A DNA stretch of 64,000 nt from Streptosporangiaceae bacterium (GTDB lineage: Bacteria > Actinomycetota > Actinomycetes > Streptosporangiales > Streptosporangiaceae): the NCBI GenBank assembly GCA_036005525.1, contig DASYQM010000003.1, positions 4,858 to 68,857 on the forward strand, in the 5' to 3' direction. Positions 1 through 9,394 of this stretch are shown here, piece after piece. The stretch's first letter is position 1, and every line of letters begins with the position of its first letter. The notes under the pieces were generated by a model. It was not told the origin of the DNA. It did not search any database and saw only the letters and a list, made by a program, of their open reading frames with translations. Both the position numbers and the translations under genes were made by a program.

Positions 1-912
1 AGCGGCGGCCGGCCGGTCGGCCAGCCCGAGCCGGCGGTAGATGTCGAGGGTCGAGCGCGAGCCGTTCAGCGTGTAAAAGTGAAGACCCGGAGCTCCCTCG
101 GCGAGCAGCCGCTCGCACATGCCGGCCGCATAGTCCACGCCGATCTCGCGTACCGTCGCCTTGTCGTCCGCGGCCGCCCGCAGCCGGTCGGCCAGCCCGG
201 GCGGCAGCTTCGCCCCGGACAGCAGCACCACCCGCTCAAGCGTGCGCAAGCTGGTGATCGGCATGATCCCGGCGATGATCGGCACCTTGCCGCCTGCCGC
301 CGTGACCCGGTCCCGCAGCCGCAGGTAGTCCTCGACGAAGAAGAACATCTGGGTGATCGCGAAGTCGGCGCCCGCCCGGCACTTCCGGAGGAAGTACGCC
401 ACGTCGGTTTCCGGGTCCGGCGAGCGTGGATGCCCTTCGGGGAACGCCGCGACCCCGACGCAGAAATCGCCCATCGCCCTGATCAGGCTGACCAGCTCGC
501 TGGCATAACGCAGCCCGTCCGGGTGCGGCACCCACTCCCCGTTCGGGTCCCCCGGCGGGTCCCCCCGCAGCGCGAGTACATTGCGCACCCCGACCGCGGC
601 ATACGAGCCGATCACGTGCCGCAGCTCGGCCACCGAGTGATTGACCGCCGTGAAGTGCCCGACCGGCGTCAGGGTCGTCTCCGCCGCGATCCTCCCGGTC
701 ACCCGGACGGTCCGATCCCGCGTCGAGCCACCGGCGCCGTAGGTCACCGAGACGAACGTCGGGTGCAGCGGCTCAAGCGAGCGGACCGCCCGCCAGAGCT
801 GCCGCTCGTCCGCCTCGGTTTTGGGGGGCATGAACTCGAACGAGAACGACTCACGCCCCTGCGTGAGCAGGTCGCGGATGGCAGGAGCGCGGTGTGCCGG
901 CCGGTAACCCAT
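1..912 (-). CDS. metF: 5,10-methylenetetrahydrofolate reductase (3' end runs off the window)
   Basis: Own minus-strand translation from ATG at 912: [40 protein letters not shown]...[13 protein letters not shown]...[23 protein letters not shown]. The frame is open to base 1. It is absent from the ORF track because there is no stop in the window. The 79..1050 + ORF is its antisense shadow. Confidence 0.9.
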   Translation of the reverse strand, partial: MGYRPAHRAPAIRDLLTQGRESFSFEFMPPKTEADERQLWRAVRSLEPLHPTFVSVTYGAGGSTRDRTVRVTGRIAAETTLTPVGHFTAVNHSVAELRHVIGSYAAVGVRNVLALRGDPPGDPNGEWVPHPDGLRYASELVSLIRAMGDFCVGVAAFPEGHPRSPDPETDVAYFLRKCRAGADFAITQMFFFVEDYLRLRDRVTAAGGKVPIIAGIMPITSLRTLERVVLLSGAKLPPGLADRLRAAADDKATVREIGVDYAAGMCERLLAEGAPGLHFYTLNGSRSTLDIYRRLGLADRPAAA

Positions 913-1060
913 GGGTCCCAGGCTAGGACGGCCGTCGGTCTCGCGTCAGGCCGGCGCCCACGCAGCAGCGCACACCCACGCACGCGGGGCGGTCCATGCC
1001 GGGACGGCCCGGACGCGCAACCGGCTTGGGGCCTGCCTGGCATGCCCTAGTCTCGCGATC

Positions 1061-2131
1061 GTGGCCCGCGATCCCGCCGCCCTCGCTCACATCCGTGAAC
1101 AGGTGGGGCGTGCCCTGCGCAGTTTCCTCGAGCAGCAGCGCGTGGTGCTCCTGCGGGCGGGCGGGGAACTGTTGCCCGGGCTGGAGGCCCTGGAGGAGTT
1201 GCTGGCGGCCGGGAAGCGGCTGCGGCCGGCGTTCTGTTACTGGGGCTGGCGTGGTGCGGGCGGGGCAGACGGTCCGCCGATCCTGGCCGCCGCGGCCGCG
1301 CTGGAGCTGCTGCACGCCAGCGCGCTGGTGCATGACGATGTCATGGACGGCAGCGATACTCGCCGCGGCCGACCCTCGCTGCACCGCCGGTTCGCGGCCC
1401 GTCACGCCGGGCAGCACTGGCATGGGTCGCCGGAGTCGTTCGGGACGGGCGCCGCCATTCTCCTGGGTGACCTCCTGCTGTCGTGGACCGACGGGATGTA
1501 CCACGCCAGCGGCCTGCCGGACGATGCGCTGCGCCGGGGGCAAGCGGTGCTCGACCTGATGCGCACGGAGGTGATCGCCGGCCAGTACCTGGATCTGCTG
1601 GGACAGGCCAGCGGGAACGAGACCGTGGAGAGCGCCCTGCGGGTGGTCGAGTACAAGACCGCCAAGTACACCATCGAGCGGCCACTGCATCTGGGTGCCG
1701 CCATGGCCGGCTTCCCCGACGGGCCGGTTCCGGCCGCTTACTCGGCCTACGGCCTCCCGCTGGGGGTCGCTTACCAGCTCCGCGACGACATACTTGGCGT
1801 GTTCGGCGACCCCGCCCAGACCGGCAAGCCCGCCGGTGACGATGTGCGGGAGGGGAAGCGGACGGTGCTGCTGGCCATCGCCCAGGCCCGGGCGGGAGCG
1901 GCGCAGGCACGGATCATCGACGAACGGCTCGGCGATCCCCAGTTGGACGGGGCGGGGGTGGCCGAGGTGCGGGCCGTGATCACCGACACCGGCGCGCTCG
2001 CCGCGTGCGAGACCATGATCGGCGAGCACGTCGCCCAGGCGGTTGCCGCGCTCGGGCAGGCACCCGTCACCGACCAGGCCAGGGCGGCACTCGCCCAACT
2101 CGCCGTCGCCGCCACCGCCCGCCTCGGCTGA
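1061..2131 (+). CDS. polyprenyl diphosphate synthase (trans-isoprenyl, GGPP/FPP synthase family)
   Basis: ORF 911..2131 contains both Asp-rich motifs (LVHDDVMDGSDTRRGRP and YQLRDDILGVFGD). The probable start is the in-frame GTG at 1061 (VARDPAALAHIREQ...), because the first 50 aa of the ORF look non-coding. It sits divergent from metF, as idsA2 sits next to Rv2172c. Confidence 0.9.
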   Translation: MARDPAALAHIREQVGRALRSFLEQQRVVLLRAGGELLPGLEALEELLAAGKRLRPAFCYWGWRGAGGADGPPILAAAAALELLHASALVHDDVMDGSDTRRGRPSLHRRFAARHAGQHWHGSPESFGTGAAILLGDLLLSWTDGMYHASGLPDDALRRGQAVLDLMRTEVIAGQYLDLLGQASGNETVESALRVVEYKTAKYTIERPLHLGAAMAGFPDGPVPAAYSAYGLPLGVAYQLRDDILGVFGDPAQTGKPAGDDVREGKRTVLLAIAQARAGAAQARIIDERLGDPQLDGAGVAEVRAVITDTGALAACETMIGEHVAQAVAALGQAPVTDQARAALAQLAVAATARLG

Positions 2132-2164
2132 GACGCTGCGCAAATGGCTGCCGGGGCCCGCCAC

Positions 2165-2587
2165 TCAGAACGCGAGGGCCTGCGCCCGGCGGTTCACCTC
2201 GGTCCCGCGGCGCTCGGTCATCGCCTGGATCGGCGTACCCGGGAGCGAATCGTCGGCTGTGAAAAGCCAGCGCAACGACCCCGGCTCGTCGAACCCACAG
2301 TCGAAGAGGACGGTGAGCGTCCCGTGCAGGCCCTTGAGGATGTGGTCCCCGTCCAGGAACGCGGCGGGTACGCACAGCGTGCCGTCCGGGCGCTGCACGG
2401 CGACCAGCTTGCGGTCGCGGAGCAGCTGCCGGACCCGGCCCGGCGGCAGGCCGAGGCGGTCAGCAACTTCAGGGATGGTCAGCCAAGCGCCGACGAGACC
2501 GTCGGCCACAGGGTCAATCTGTGCCACATCTCCGAATGTCCCACACCGCACGCTGAGCCAAACCCGCCGGCAGCCGTTCACCGGCAC
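2165..2587 (-). CDS. Rv2175c-like helix-turn-helix DNA-binding protein
   Basis: LTIPEVADRLGLPPGRVRQLLRDRKLVAV...LRWLFT...RRAQALAF resembles the mycobacterial Rv2175c family (a PknL substrate), and the synteny fits. An alternative start is the GTG at 2527. Confidence 0.8.
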   Translation of the reverse strand: MPVNGCRRVWLSVRCGTFGDVAQIDPVADGLVGAWLTIPEVADRLGLPPGRVRQLLRDRKLVAVQRPDGTLCVPAAFLDGDHILKGLHGTLTVLFDCGFDEPGSLRWLFTADDSLPGTPIQAMTERRGTEVNRRAQALAF

Positions 2588-2852
2588 GTCACCAGCACGA
2601 TCCGCCCGGGCCGGCGAACCTAGGGTGAAACGGCAGGCCGCCGGCGGCTAAAGTGGTCCCGAGGGCGGGAGAGTCCAGGGGGCCGTTAGTAATCCCCTGG
2701 TCTCGCAAAGGTATAGCGAAGATAAAGACTTCCTGGTGAGCGCGTGTTACGCTTATTGCTCCGGCACACGCAGCGCCGCCGTCGTGCAACCAGCAGCCGG
2801 TGGCCGACGGCGGCGCGGCGGGCCGGGCCCGGGGGAATAGAGGGAACGTCGG

Positions 2853-4628
2853 ATGTCAGCGGAACGCGTCCCTGAGGGTCAGGCTGCACCCGGAGAGGGC
2901 TCGAACCCCGGGACAAGCGGAAGTGCCGCCGGCCTGCCGGCCATCGTCATTGTGAGCCACGACGCCTCTGCCCGGCGGGACCTGCGGCGCGAGCTTTCGA
3001 AGCGGTACGGGGTGGACTATCAGCTTGTCGTCTGCGACGAGCCCACGGAACTGGCGACGGCGATCCGCAAGGCAAAGGAGACCGGGGCACAGATCGCGCT
3101 CGTCATCGGCGGCCTCGGCGGGCAGGACCCAGACGGGATCGAGACCCTCGCCGCGGTTCGCACGGTCGACGCGACGGCGTTGCGGGTCAGCGCCTTCCGC
3201 TACGGTGACTTCGCATACCTGCAGCCCCTCTTCGATGCCATAGCCCAGGGCAAGATCGATCACTGGGTGCCCCGCCCGGAGAGCGACCGCGACGAGGAGT
3301 TCCACCGCGCGATCACCGAGTTCCTGAGCGAATGGGGCTCCGGGGATTTCGGCGGGTTCGAGGCCTTGCGACTGATCGGCGAGCAATGGTCCCCACGGGC
3401 CCAGGAACTGCGCGACACCTTTACCCGCAACCGGCTCCCGTTCGGCTTCTACGATGCCGCTTCCGAACGAGGCCAGCACATGCTGAGCGAGCTCGGGCTC
3501 GAGTCCCCGGAACTACCGGTAGTAGTGCTCCGGTTCGCGGCATCGCACTCAACCCTGGTCAACCCGTCGAATCTCGAAATCGCCGAGGCCTTCGGCCTCA
3601 CGGCACCGATCTCCGCTGAGGACGTCTACGATCTGGTAGTCGTCGGCGCGGGGCCGGCAGGCTTGGCGGCCACTGTCTACGGCTCATCAGAAGGTCTGCG
3701 GACCGCGACGCTGGTGCCCGAGGCCATCGGCGGCCAGGCGGGAACCAGCTCGATGATCCGCAACTACCCGGGCTTCGCCCAGGGCGTCACCGGATCAAGG
3801 CTGGCGTACGAGACCTTCCAGCAGGCCTGGTCGCTCGGCACGAACTTCATCTTCATGCGGCAGGCCATGTCTCTGTCGGGCGAACCCGGCCGCTACCGGC
3901 TGGGCCTGTCCGACGGCCAGATGCTCACCGCGCGAGCCGTGGTCATTGCGACCGGCGTCTCCTACCGGCGGCTCGCTGTCCCCAGTCTGGAGGCACTGCA
4001 GGGCCGGGGCGTGTTCTACGGCGCGGCGGTCGCCGAGGCATCCGCCATGCGCGGGCGGCCGGTGTTCGTCGTGGGCGGCGGGAACTCCGCCGGGCAGGCG
4101 GCACTGCATCTCGCCAAGTGGGCCGAGCAGGTCACCATCCTCGTGCGTCGGGATTCACTGGCGCAGAGCATGTCCGAGTATCTGATCCGCATGATCGACG
4201 CCGCGCCAAACATAGATGTCTCCTACCGCACGCAGATCGTCGACGGCACGGGCACCGACCGGCTGGAGTCACTCGTGCTCGAGGACTCCAGTAAGGGGCA
4301 GCGCCGGAGCGTCCCGGCCGGCGGGCTCTTCGTCCTCATCGGCTCAGATCCGTACACAGAGTGGCTCGGCGAGAGCGTGGCACGCGACCAGTGGGGCTTC
4401 ATCTGCACCGGCCGTGACGTAACGGACAGCGAGGGCGCAGGTTGGCCGCTTGACCGCGCGCCGTTCCCGCTGGAGACCAGCCTGCCCGGGGTGTTCGCGG
4501 CCGGCGACGTGCGGCGGGGGGCGGTCAAGCGGGTCGCATCCGCAGTGGGTGAGGGCGCGGTGGCCATCCCCCAGGTTCACGCCTGGCTGCAAGCGCAGGC
4601 GGCCGTACATGCCGGTGCGGAGCGGTAG
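2853..4628 (+). CDS. FAD-dependent pyridine nucleotide-disulfide oxidoreductase (thioredoxin-reductase-like) with about 250-aa N-terminal extension
   Basis: The C-terminal half has DLVVVGAGPAGLAA (FAD), VFVVGGGNSAGQAA (NAD(P)H) and GVFAAGDVR motifs. The expected CxxC redox site reads YGAAVAEASA. The N-terminus (IVIVSHDASARRDL...ALVIGG) looks flavodoxin/receiver-like. Confidence 0.85.
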   Translation: MSAERVPEGQAAPGEGSNPGTSGSAAGLPAIVIVSHDASARRDLRRELSKRYGVDYQLVVCDEPTELATAIRKAKETGAQIALVIGGLGGQDPDGIETLAAVRTVDATALRVSAFRYGDFAYLQPLFDAIAQGKIDHWVPRPESDRDEEFHRAITEFLSEWGSGDFGGFEALRLIGEQWSPRAQELRDTFTRNRLPFGFYDAASERGQHMLSELGLESPELPVVVLRFAASHSTLVNPSNLEIAEAFGLTAPISAEDVYDLVVVGAGPAGLAATVYGSSEGLRTATLVPEAIGGQAGTSSMIRNYPGFAQGVTGSRLAYETFQQAWSLGTNFIFMRQAMSLSGEPGRYRLGLSDGQMLTARAVVIATGVSYRRLAVPSLEALQGRGVFYGAAVAEASAMRGRPVFVVGGGNSAGQAALHLAKWAEQVTILVRRDSLAQSMSEYLIRMIDAAPNIDVSYRTQIVDGTGTDRLESLVLEDSSKGQRRSVPAGGLFVLIGSDPYTEWLGESVARDQWGFICTGRDVTDSEGAGWPLDRAPFPLETSLPGVFAAGDVRRGAVKRVASAVGEGAVAIPQVHAWLQAQAAVHAGAER

Positions 4629-4695
4629 CGGGGTGAGCAAGGGCACCACAAGCCCGACGCTTAGGCCGGTGGCTGTGAAACCGCTCGTGCCCGGG

Positions 4696-5631
4696 ATGCG
4701 CGTGCTCCTCTATGTCGCCGCTGTTCTGGTCCTGCTGGCCGGGTTCCAGCTCTTCGTGTTCACGGACCGCACGGCCACCTATTTCGCCTGGACGGTCCGC
4801 AATCCCCTGGCCGCCGCATTCCTGGGTGGGGCGTACTGGGCCAGCGTCTCGTTCGAGGCGCTGGCAGCCAGGCAGCGGATCTGGGCCAACGCACGCATAG
4901 CCGTGCCGACGGTGCTCGTGTTCACGGTGCTCACTCTCGCGGCCACGCTCATTCACGTCAGCCAGTTCCATCTGGGCAGCCAGTTCGCGATTGGCACGCG
5001 GATCGTCACCTGGACATGGATCGCGATCTACGTGCTGGTCCCGTTGCTGTTGCTGATCATCCTGGCGGTGCAGCTCACGACGCCGGGTGGTGATCCGCCT
5101 CGGTCGGTGCTGCTGCCCGGCTGGGTCTATGGCCTGCTGGCCGCGCAGGCCATCGTGCTGCTGGGCATGGGCGTCGCGCTGTTCGCCGCGCCAGGGGCGG
5201 CCGCCCCGTTGTGGCCATGGAAGCTGACGCCGCTGCTCGCGCGGGCGACCGGCGCGTGGCTGATCAGCCTCGGGGTAGCGGCGGCGCACGCGCTGGTCGA
5301 GCGGGACGCGCGCCGCCTGTTCCCGGCTTCGTTCGGTTATGTCCTGCTCGCGGTGCTGCAATTCATCGCGCTGGCCAGATACCCGGGCCGGTTCGAGTGG
5401 TCATCCGCGTCGGGGGTGATCTACCTGGTTTTCCTGGTCACGATGCTGGTCACGGGTGGCGTGGGGGTGGCCCGGGGAAGGCCGCGCCGGGACGCGCCGA
5501 CGGGCTTAGGGCTCATCCGTGACGCCCCGGCCCCGGGAGGCCGGGTGCTACCGGGACCGGGTGCTCCGGGATCAGGAGCTCCGGGATCGGGCGCTGCGGG
5601 ATCGGGCGCTGCGGGATCCGGCGCCGGAGGG
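4696..5631 (+). CDS. polytopic integral membrane protein of unknown function (3' end undefined: no in-frame stop before 6903)
   Basis: This is the same frame as track ORF 4450..6903. From MRVLLYVAAVLVLLAGF (ATG 4696; alternative GTG 4633) there are about 8 hydrophobic helices up to ...LVFLVTMLVTGGVGV (about 5475). A (GAxGS)n tail follows. Beyond 5632 the frame is the exact codon-antisense of the convergent reductase gene. Confidence 0.5.
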
Positions 5632-5633
5632 TC
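5543..5633. repeat. about 6 tandem copies of a 15-bp unit (GGGYGCTSCGGGATC)
   Basis: Read directly: gggtgctaccgggac c gggtgctccgggatc aggagctccgggatc gggcgctgcgggatc gggcgctgcgggatc cggcgccggagggtc. It encodes GAPGSGAPGSGAAGSGAAGS in the + frame and ends at the stop codon (5632-5634) of the minus-strand reductase. Confidence 0.85.
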
Positions 5634-6894
5634 AGCCGCCGCCGAGGACAGCGTCGCGCACCGGGATGGACGGGTCGGCGAGGCGGCCGGGGTCGACGGC
5701 AGCACCTGCCGCGATGAGGCGCCGGCCCTGGAGGAGATCTCGTGGCCGTCCCACGGCAAGCAGCGCCACCAGTCGCTCCCCCGTCCCGTCCGCAGCACCC
5801 GGATCCGCCGGCCGCCGTCCCGCAAGCCAGCACGCCGTCCACTCCCGGTTCGCCGGGTCACCGCGCCAGATCAGCCGGTCAGAGCCGCCGTGATGCCCGG
5901 CGTACTGGACCATCCGGCCAAACTGCTCGGACCAGAAGTACGGGACCGGGTCGTAGATCTCGTCCCCGCCGAGGATGTTAGCCGCCACCACCGCCGGCGA
6001 ATGCAGCGCGCAGTCCCAGTGCTCGACCCGCAGCCGACGGTCGTACCGGACCGACACAAAGGCCGCGCAGTCACCCGCCGCGTACACGCCGGGTACCGAC
6101 GCGCGCAGCCGCTCATCCACGGCGACCCCGTTCTCCAGCTTCACCGGCGAGCTGGCCAGCCAGCCCACCTGCGGCCTGACCCCGATGGCGACAACGGTGA
6201 CATCGGCCGGCAGCCATTCTCCCCCCGGCAGCACGAGCCCATTCGGCTTAACGGAATCCACCGGCTGGCCCAGCCGCAGATCCACTCCCGCATCGGCGTA
6301 CCAGGGCACCGTCGCCGACCCCACCTCGTACCCGACCGCCCCGGCGAGCGGAGACGTCGCCGCCTCCACGACGGTCACCCGGCAGCCCCGCATGGTGGCG
6401 GTGGTGGCGAGCTCGGCACCGATCCACCCGGCACCAACTACCGCCAGCCGGGTACCAGGCCGCAAGGCATCCCGGAGTGCCCAGGCGTCGTCGAAGGTAC
6501 GCAGGAACCGCTGTCGGCCGTTGCCGGGCAGGCCCACCGGGGTGGCGCCGGTGGCAACCACCAGGGCGTCGAAGGCGTGCTCTCCCCGGTCCGTCAGCAG
6601 CACTCCCCCGCCACGGCCGGTGGCGGCTTCCCCGTTCCGGAATTCCAGCCCAGTGGCCGCCTCACCGAGCCGCAGGTCCATTCCGAGCGCCACCGGATCC
6701 GCCGCCAGGGTCGTGTCGTCGAGCTGGCCGGTCATGAATTTCTTGGTAAGCGGCGGGCGATCGTAGGGCGGCCTGAGCTCGGCCCCGACCATGGTGATCG
6801 CGCCCGGGTAGCCCTTGCTCCGCAGTTCCTCGGCCGTACGCAGCCCGGCCAGGCCTGCGCCAGCGATCACTACCCGTTCGATCCGCACGAGCAC
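5632..6894 (-). CDS. NAD(P)/FAD-dependent oxidoreductase, ferredoxin/rubredoxin-reductase type
   Basis: RVVIAGAGLAGLRTAEELR (FAD), LAVVGAGWIGAELA (NADH), VYAAGDCA and HWDCALH are typical of ferredoxin-NAD(P) reductases of the glutathione-reductase superfamily. Confidence 0.9.
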   Translation of the reverse strand: MLVRIERVVIAGAGLAGLRTAEELRSKGYPGAITMVGAELRPPYDRPPLTKKFMTGQLDDTTLAADPVALGMDLRLGEAATGLEFRNGEAATGRGGGVLLTDRGEHAFDALVVATGATPVGLPGNGRQRFLRTFDDAWALRDALRPGTRLAVVGAGWIGAELATTATMRGCRVTVVEAATSPLAGAVGYEVGSATVPWYADAGVDLRLGQPVDSVKPNGLVLPGGEWLPADVTVVAIGVRPQVGWLASSPVKLENGVAVDERLRASVPGVYAAGDCAAFVSVRYDRRLRVEHWDCALHSPAVVAANILGGDEIYDPVPYFWSEQFGRMVQYAGHHGGSDRLIWRGDPANREWTACWLAGRRPADPGAADGTGERLVALLAVGRPRDLLQGRRLIAAGAAVDPGRLADPSIPVRDAVLGGG

Positions 6895-7029
6895 CTACGT
6901 TAAGGGACTTCCGGCACGCACATCCGGTGCGGCCGCTCGGCATTTCCCATGCCGGTCACCTGCGACACCCAGGCGAGCCTTACGGGCGTTCGCACGATGA
7001 AACCCACCGCCACCTCTAGAATCAAGCCG

Positions 7030-9198
7030 ATGGATACGACCCTCGCACGCCCGCCCATCGGCCAGTTGCTCGATGGACGGTACCGGGTCGAGTCCCTGAT
7101 CGCCCGCGGCGGGATGGCGACCGTCTACCTGGGCACCGACACGCGGCTGGACCGCACGGTCGCGCTCAAGATCATGCATGCCGACCTCGCCAGCGACGAG
7201 GACTTCGTCCGGCGGTTCGTCGGCGAGGCACGATCGGTCGCCCGGCTGTCCCACCCGAACGTCGTTACGGTTTTCGACCAGGGGGCGGACGGCCACAGCC
7301 TGTACCTCGCGATGGAGCACGTGCCCGGCCAGACGCTCCGCGAGCTGCTGAACGAGCGCGGCCAGCTCAGCCCACGTGAGGCGCTGGACATCATGGATGG
7401 GGTGCTGGCCGGGCTTGCCGCCGCCCATGACGCCGGGATCGCACACCGCGACGTCAAGCCCGAGAACGTGCTGCTCACCGACTCCGGGATGGTCAAGGTC
7501 GCGGATTTCGGGCTGGCCAGGCTGCTGGCCGCGGTGAGGCAGACCAAAAGCGGGATGATCATCGGCACAGCCGCGTACCTGGCCCCCGAGCAGGTCGCCG
7601 GAGCGGCGGCCGACGCCCGCAGCGATGTGTACGCGGCCGGAGTGATGCTCTTCGAGCTGCTCACCGGCCGGCAGCCGCACACGGGTGACACCCCGCTCGC
7701 GGTGGCCTACAAACACGTCAACGAGGTCGTCCCGCCACCATCGGGTGTCGTGCCGGGACTGCCGCCCGCGCTTGACACGCTCGTGGCGCTGGCGACTAGC
7801 CGGGATCCCGAACTGCGGCCGGGTGACGCCGGGCAGTTCCTGCGCGCCGCCGCCGGTATCCGGCACGGCCTGTTGCTGGACGGTGCCGCGGCCCAGGCCG
7901 TGCAGGCCGGAGCCGGCTTCCCGGCTGCGCTAGCGAGCGACATGCCCGCCGGACCAGTAACCGCATTGCCGGGCGTGCCAGCGAGCGACGTGCCCAGCAC
8001 GCCAGCGAGCGCCTTGCCGGGCGCGCCGACAGGCGCCCCTGGCGCTGGTGGCGAGAGCACCTCGCCGGCCGGGCTGGTGGTGCCGCCGCCCGCATGGGGT
8101 GCACCCTCCGACCGGTCCGGTCACGACCTGATCCCGGGGATGGCCCCGCCCGCGCGGCAGTCCTTCGGGATAGCTCGGCTAGGCCCGGCACCGTCATCGG
8201 CCACCCAGCAGTTCCGGCCGGAGCCCTACCGGACCGGCAACCAGCACACGCTGATCGTCAGCAGCGGGACCGATGTCCCCTACGGGCAGCCGCCGCCCGG
8301 GTACCGTCCGCCCGAACCCCGGCTCCAGCGGCTGCTGTTCAGCCGGCGGCTTGGCTACGTCGCTGCCGCGCTTGCCGTGGTCCTGGTGGCGGGGATGGTG
8401 GCGTGGTGGCTGACTTCGGGCCGGTACACCACCGTTCCGAAGATCACGGGCATGACCGTGGCGGCGGCGAAGGCCGAGCTGCGCGGTGCCGGGTTCAGCG
8501 TCCGCACCGGCACCGCGCGGCTGGACAATCATTTCGCCAAGGGCGAGGTGATCCGATCGGTCCCGGCGAGTGGGCAGAGGGTGCGCAAAGGCAGCCAGAT
8601 CACGCTGATCCCGTCGGCGGGACCGCACCGGATCCAGGTGCCTCAGGTGACCGGGCTAGCGCTGCAGGACGCGCAAGCGGCGCTGCGCCATGCAGGGCTG
8701 ACGCCCGGACGGGTGAAGAACGAGCCGTCCGAAACCATCCCGGCGGGCATCGTCGTCGGCACAACTCCTGCCGCCGGAGTGTCGTGGCCGCAGCCGCAGC
8801 CGGTACAGCTGGTAGTCAGCGCCGGGCCGCCGATGCCTGACTTCGTGGGCCAGCCACAGGCGGCTGCGGAGGGATGGTCGCAGGCCAACGGCGTCTCACT
8901 TGATGTGGTCACGGTCAAGAGCGACGTGCCCGAGGGGACGATCATCCGCCAGTCGCTGCCCCCGGGCAGCGCGTTCACCAAGGGCCAGGTCATCAAGATT
9001 ACGGTCTCGGCGGGGCCGCCGACGGTGGCCATCCCGAACGTCGACGGGCTGCCGGTCGACCGGGCCACGCACATCCTCGAGAAGCTCGGCTTCTCGGTGA
9101 CGGTCAACCAGGTGGGGCCGCTGGACACGGTCTTCCACCACAGCCCCGACGGCCAGGCGCCAAAAGGATCGGCCATCACGCTCTGGGTCGGGCTGTAA
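7030..9198 (+). CDS. Ser/Thr protein kinase with four extracellular PASTA domains (PknB/Stk1 type)
   Basis: Kinase motifs are GGMATVYLG, VALK, HRDVKPENVLL, DFGLA and APEQ. A Pro/Ala linker, a TM segment (LGYVAAALAVVLVAGMVAWWL) and four PASTA-like repeats of about 65 aa follow. The start is ATG 7030 (MDTTLARPPIGQLLDGRYRV) or ATG 6997; the track ORF starts at 6949. Confidence 0.92.
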   Translation: MDTTLARPPIGQLLDGRYRVESLIARGGMATVYLGTDTRLDRTVALKIMHADLASDEDFVRRFVGEARSVARLSHPNVVTVFDQGADGHSLYLAMEHVPGQTLRELLNERGQLSPREALDIMDGVLAGLAAAHDAGIAHRDVKPENVLLTDSGMVKVADFGLARLLAAVRQTKSGMIIGTAAYLAPEQVAGAAADARSDVYAAGVMLFELLTGRQPHTGDTPLAVAYKHVNEVVPPPSGVVPGLPPALDTLVALATSRDPELRPGDAGQFLRAAAGIRHGLLLDGAAAQAVQAGAGFPAALASDMPAGPVTALPGVPASDVPSTPASALPGAPTGAPGAGGESTSPAGLVVPPPAWGAPSDRSGHDLIPGMAPPARQSFGIARLGPAPSSATQQFRPEPYRTGNQHTLIVSSGTDVPYGQPPPGYRPPEPRLQRLLFSRRLGYVAAALAVVLVAGMVAWWLTSGRYTTVPKITGMTVAAAKAELRGAGFSVRTGTARLDNHFAKGEVIRSVPASGQRVRKGSQITLIPSAGPHRIQVPQVTGLALQDAQAALRHAGLTPGRVKNEPSETIPAGIVVGTTPAAGVSWPQPQPVQLVVSAGPPMPDFVGQPQAAAEGWSQANGVSLDVVTVKSDVPEGTIIRQSLPPGSAFTKGQVIKITVSAGPPTVAIPNVDGLPVDRATHILEKLGFSVTVNQVGPLDTVFHHSPDGQAPKGSAITLWVGL

Positions 9199-9242
9199 AC
9201 CCGCCGACAGCGCCCGCAATTCCGCCGGCAGCGCCCCGCGCA

Positions 9243-9294
9243 TTGTGATCATGGCCGAGGTGCAGTCAGAACGACAGCAGGGTCATGATCACGA
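9243..9294. repeat. hairpin repeat, conserved stem GTGATCATG / CATGATCAC, about 30-nt loop (copy A1)
   Basis: gtgatcatg at 9245-9253 and its reverse complement catgatcac at 9284-9292. It lies between the convergent kinase and glycosyltransferase genes. Confidence 0.8.
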
Positions 9295-9328
9295 CTGTGT
9301 CAGCGACGACCGGCGGACTCGCGGCAAA

Positions 9329-9378
9329 CGTGATCATGGGTTTGCTGCAGCAGGATGTGCACCAAGCTCATGATCACG
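9329..9378. repeat. hairpin repeat, stem CGTGATCATG / CATGATCACG (copy A2)
   Basis: cgtgatcatg at 9329-9338 and catgatcacg at 9369-9378, with a 30-nt loop. It has the same architecture as copies at 57248 and 60717. Confidence 0.8.
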
Positions 9379-9394
9379 ACGCGCGGTGGCTTGG

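Noticed and set aside
5640-6903. Downstream 420 codons of track ORF 4450..6903 (+)
   Set aside because: The codons are exact reverse complements of those of the well-supported reductase gene on the minus strand. The translation is Arg/Pro/Gly-rich with no domain-like features. It stays open only because TTA, CTA and TCA are rare in the sense gene.
9243-9378. Possible mini-CRISPR (two palindromic repeats with a spacer)
   Set aside because: There are only two units and each is a self-contained hairpin with its own loop. There are no cas genes and no regular repeat-spacer periodicity. The same reasoning applies to the tandem repeat at 38611-38720.
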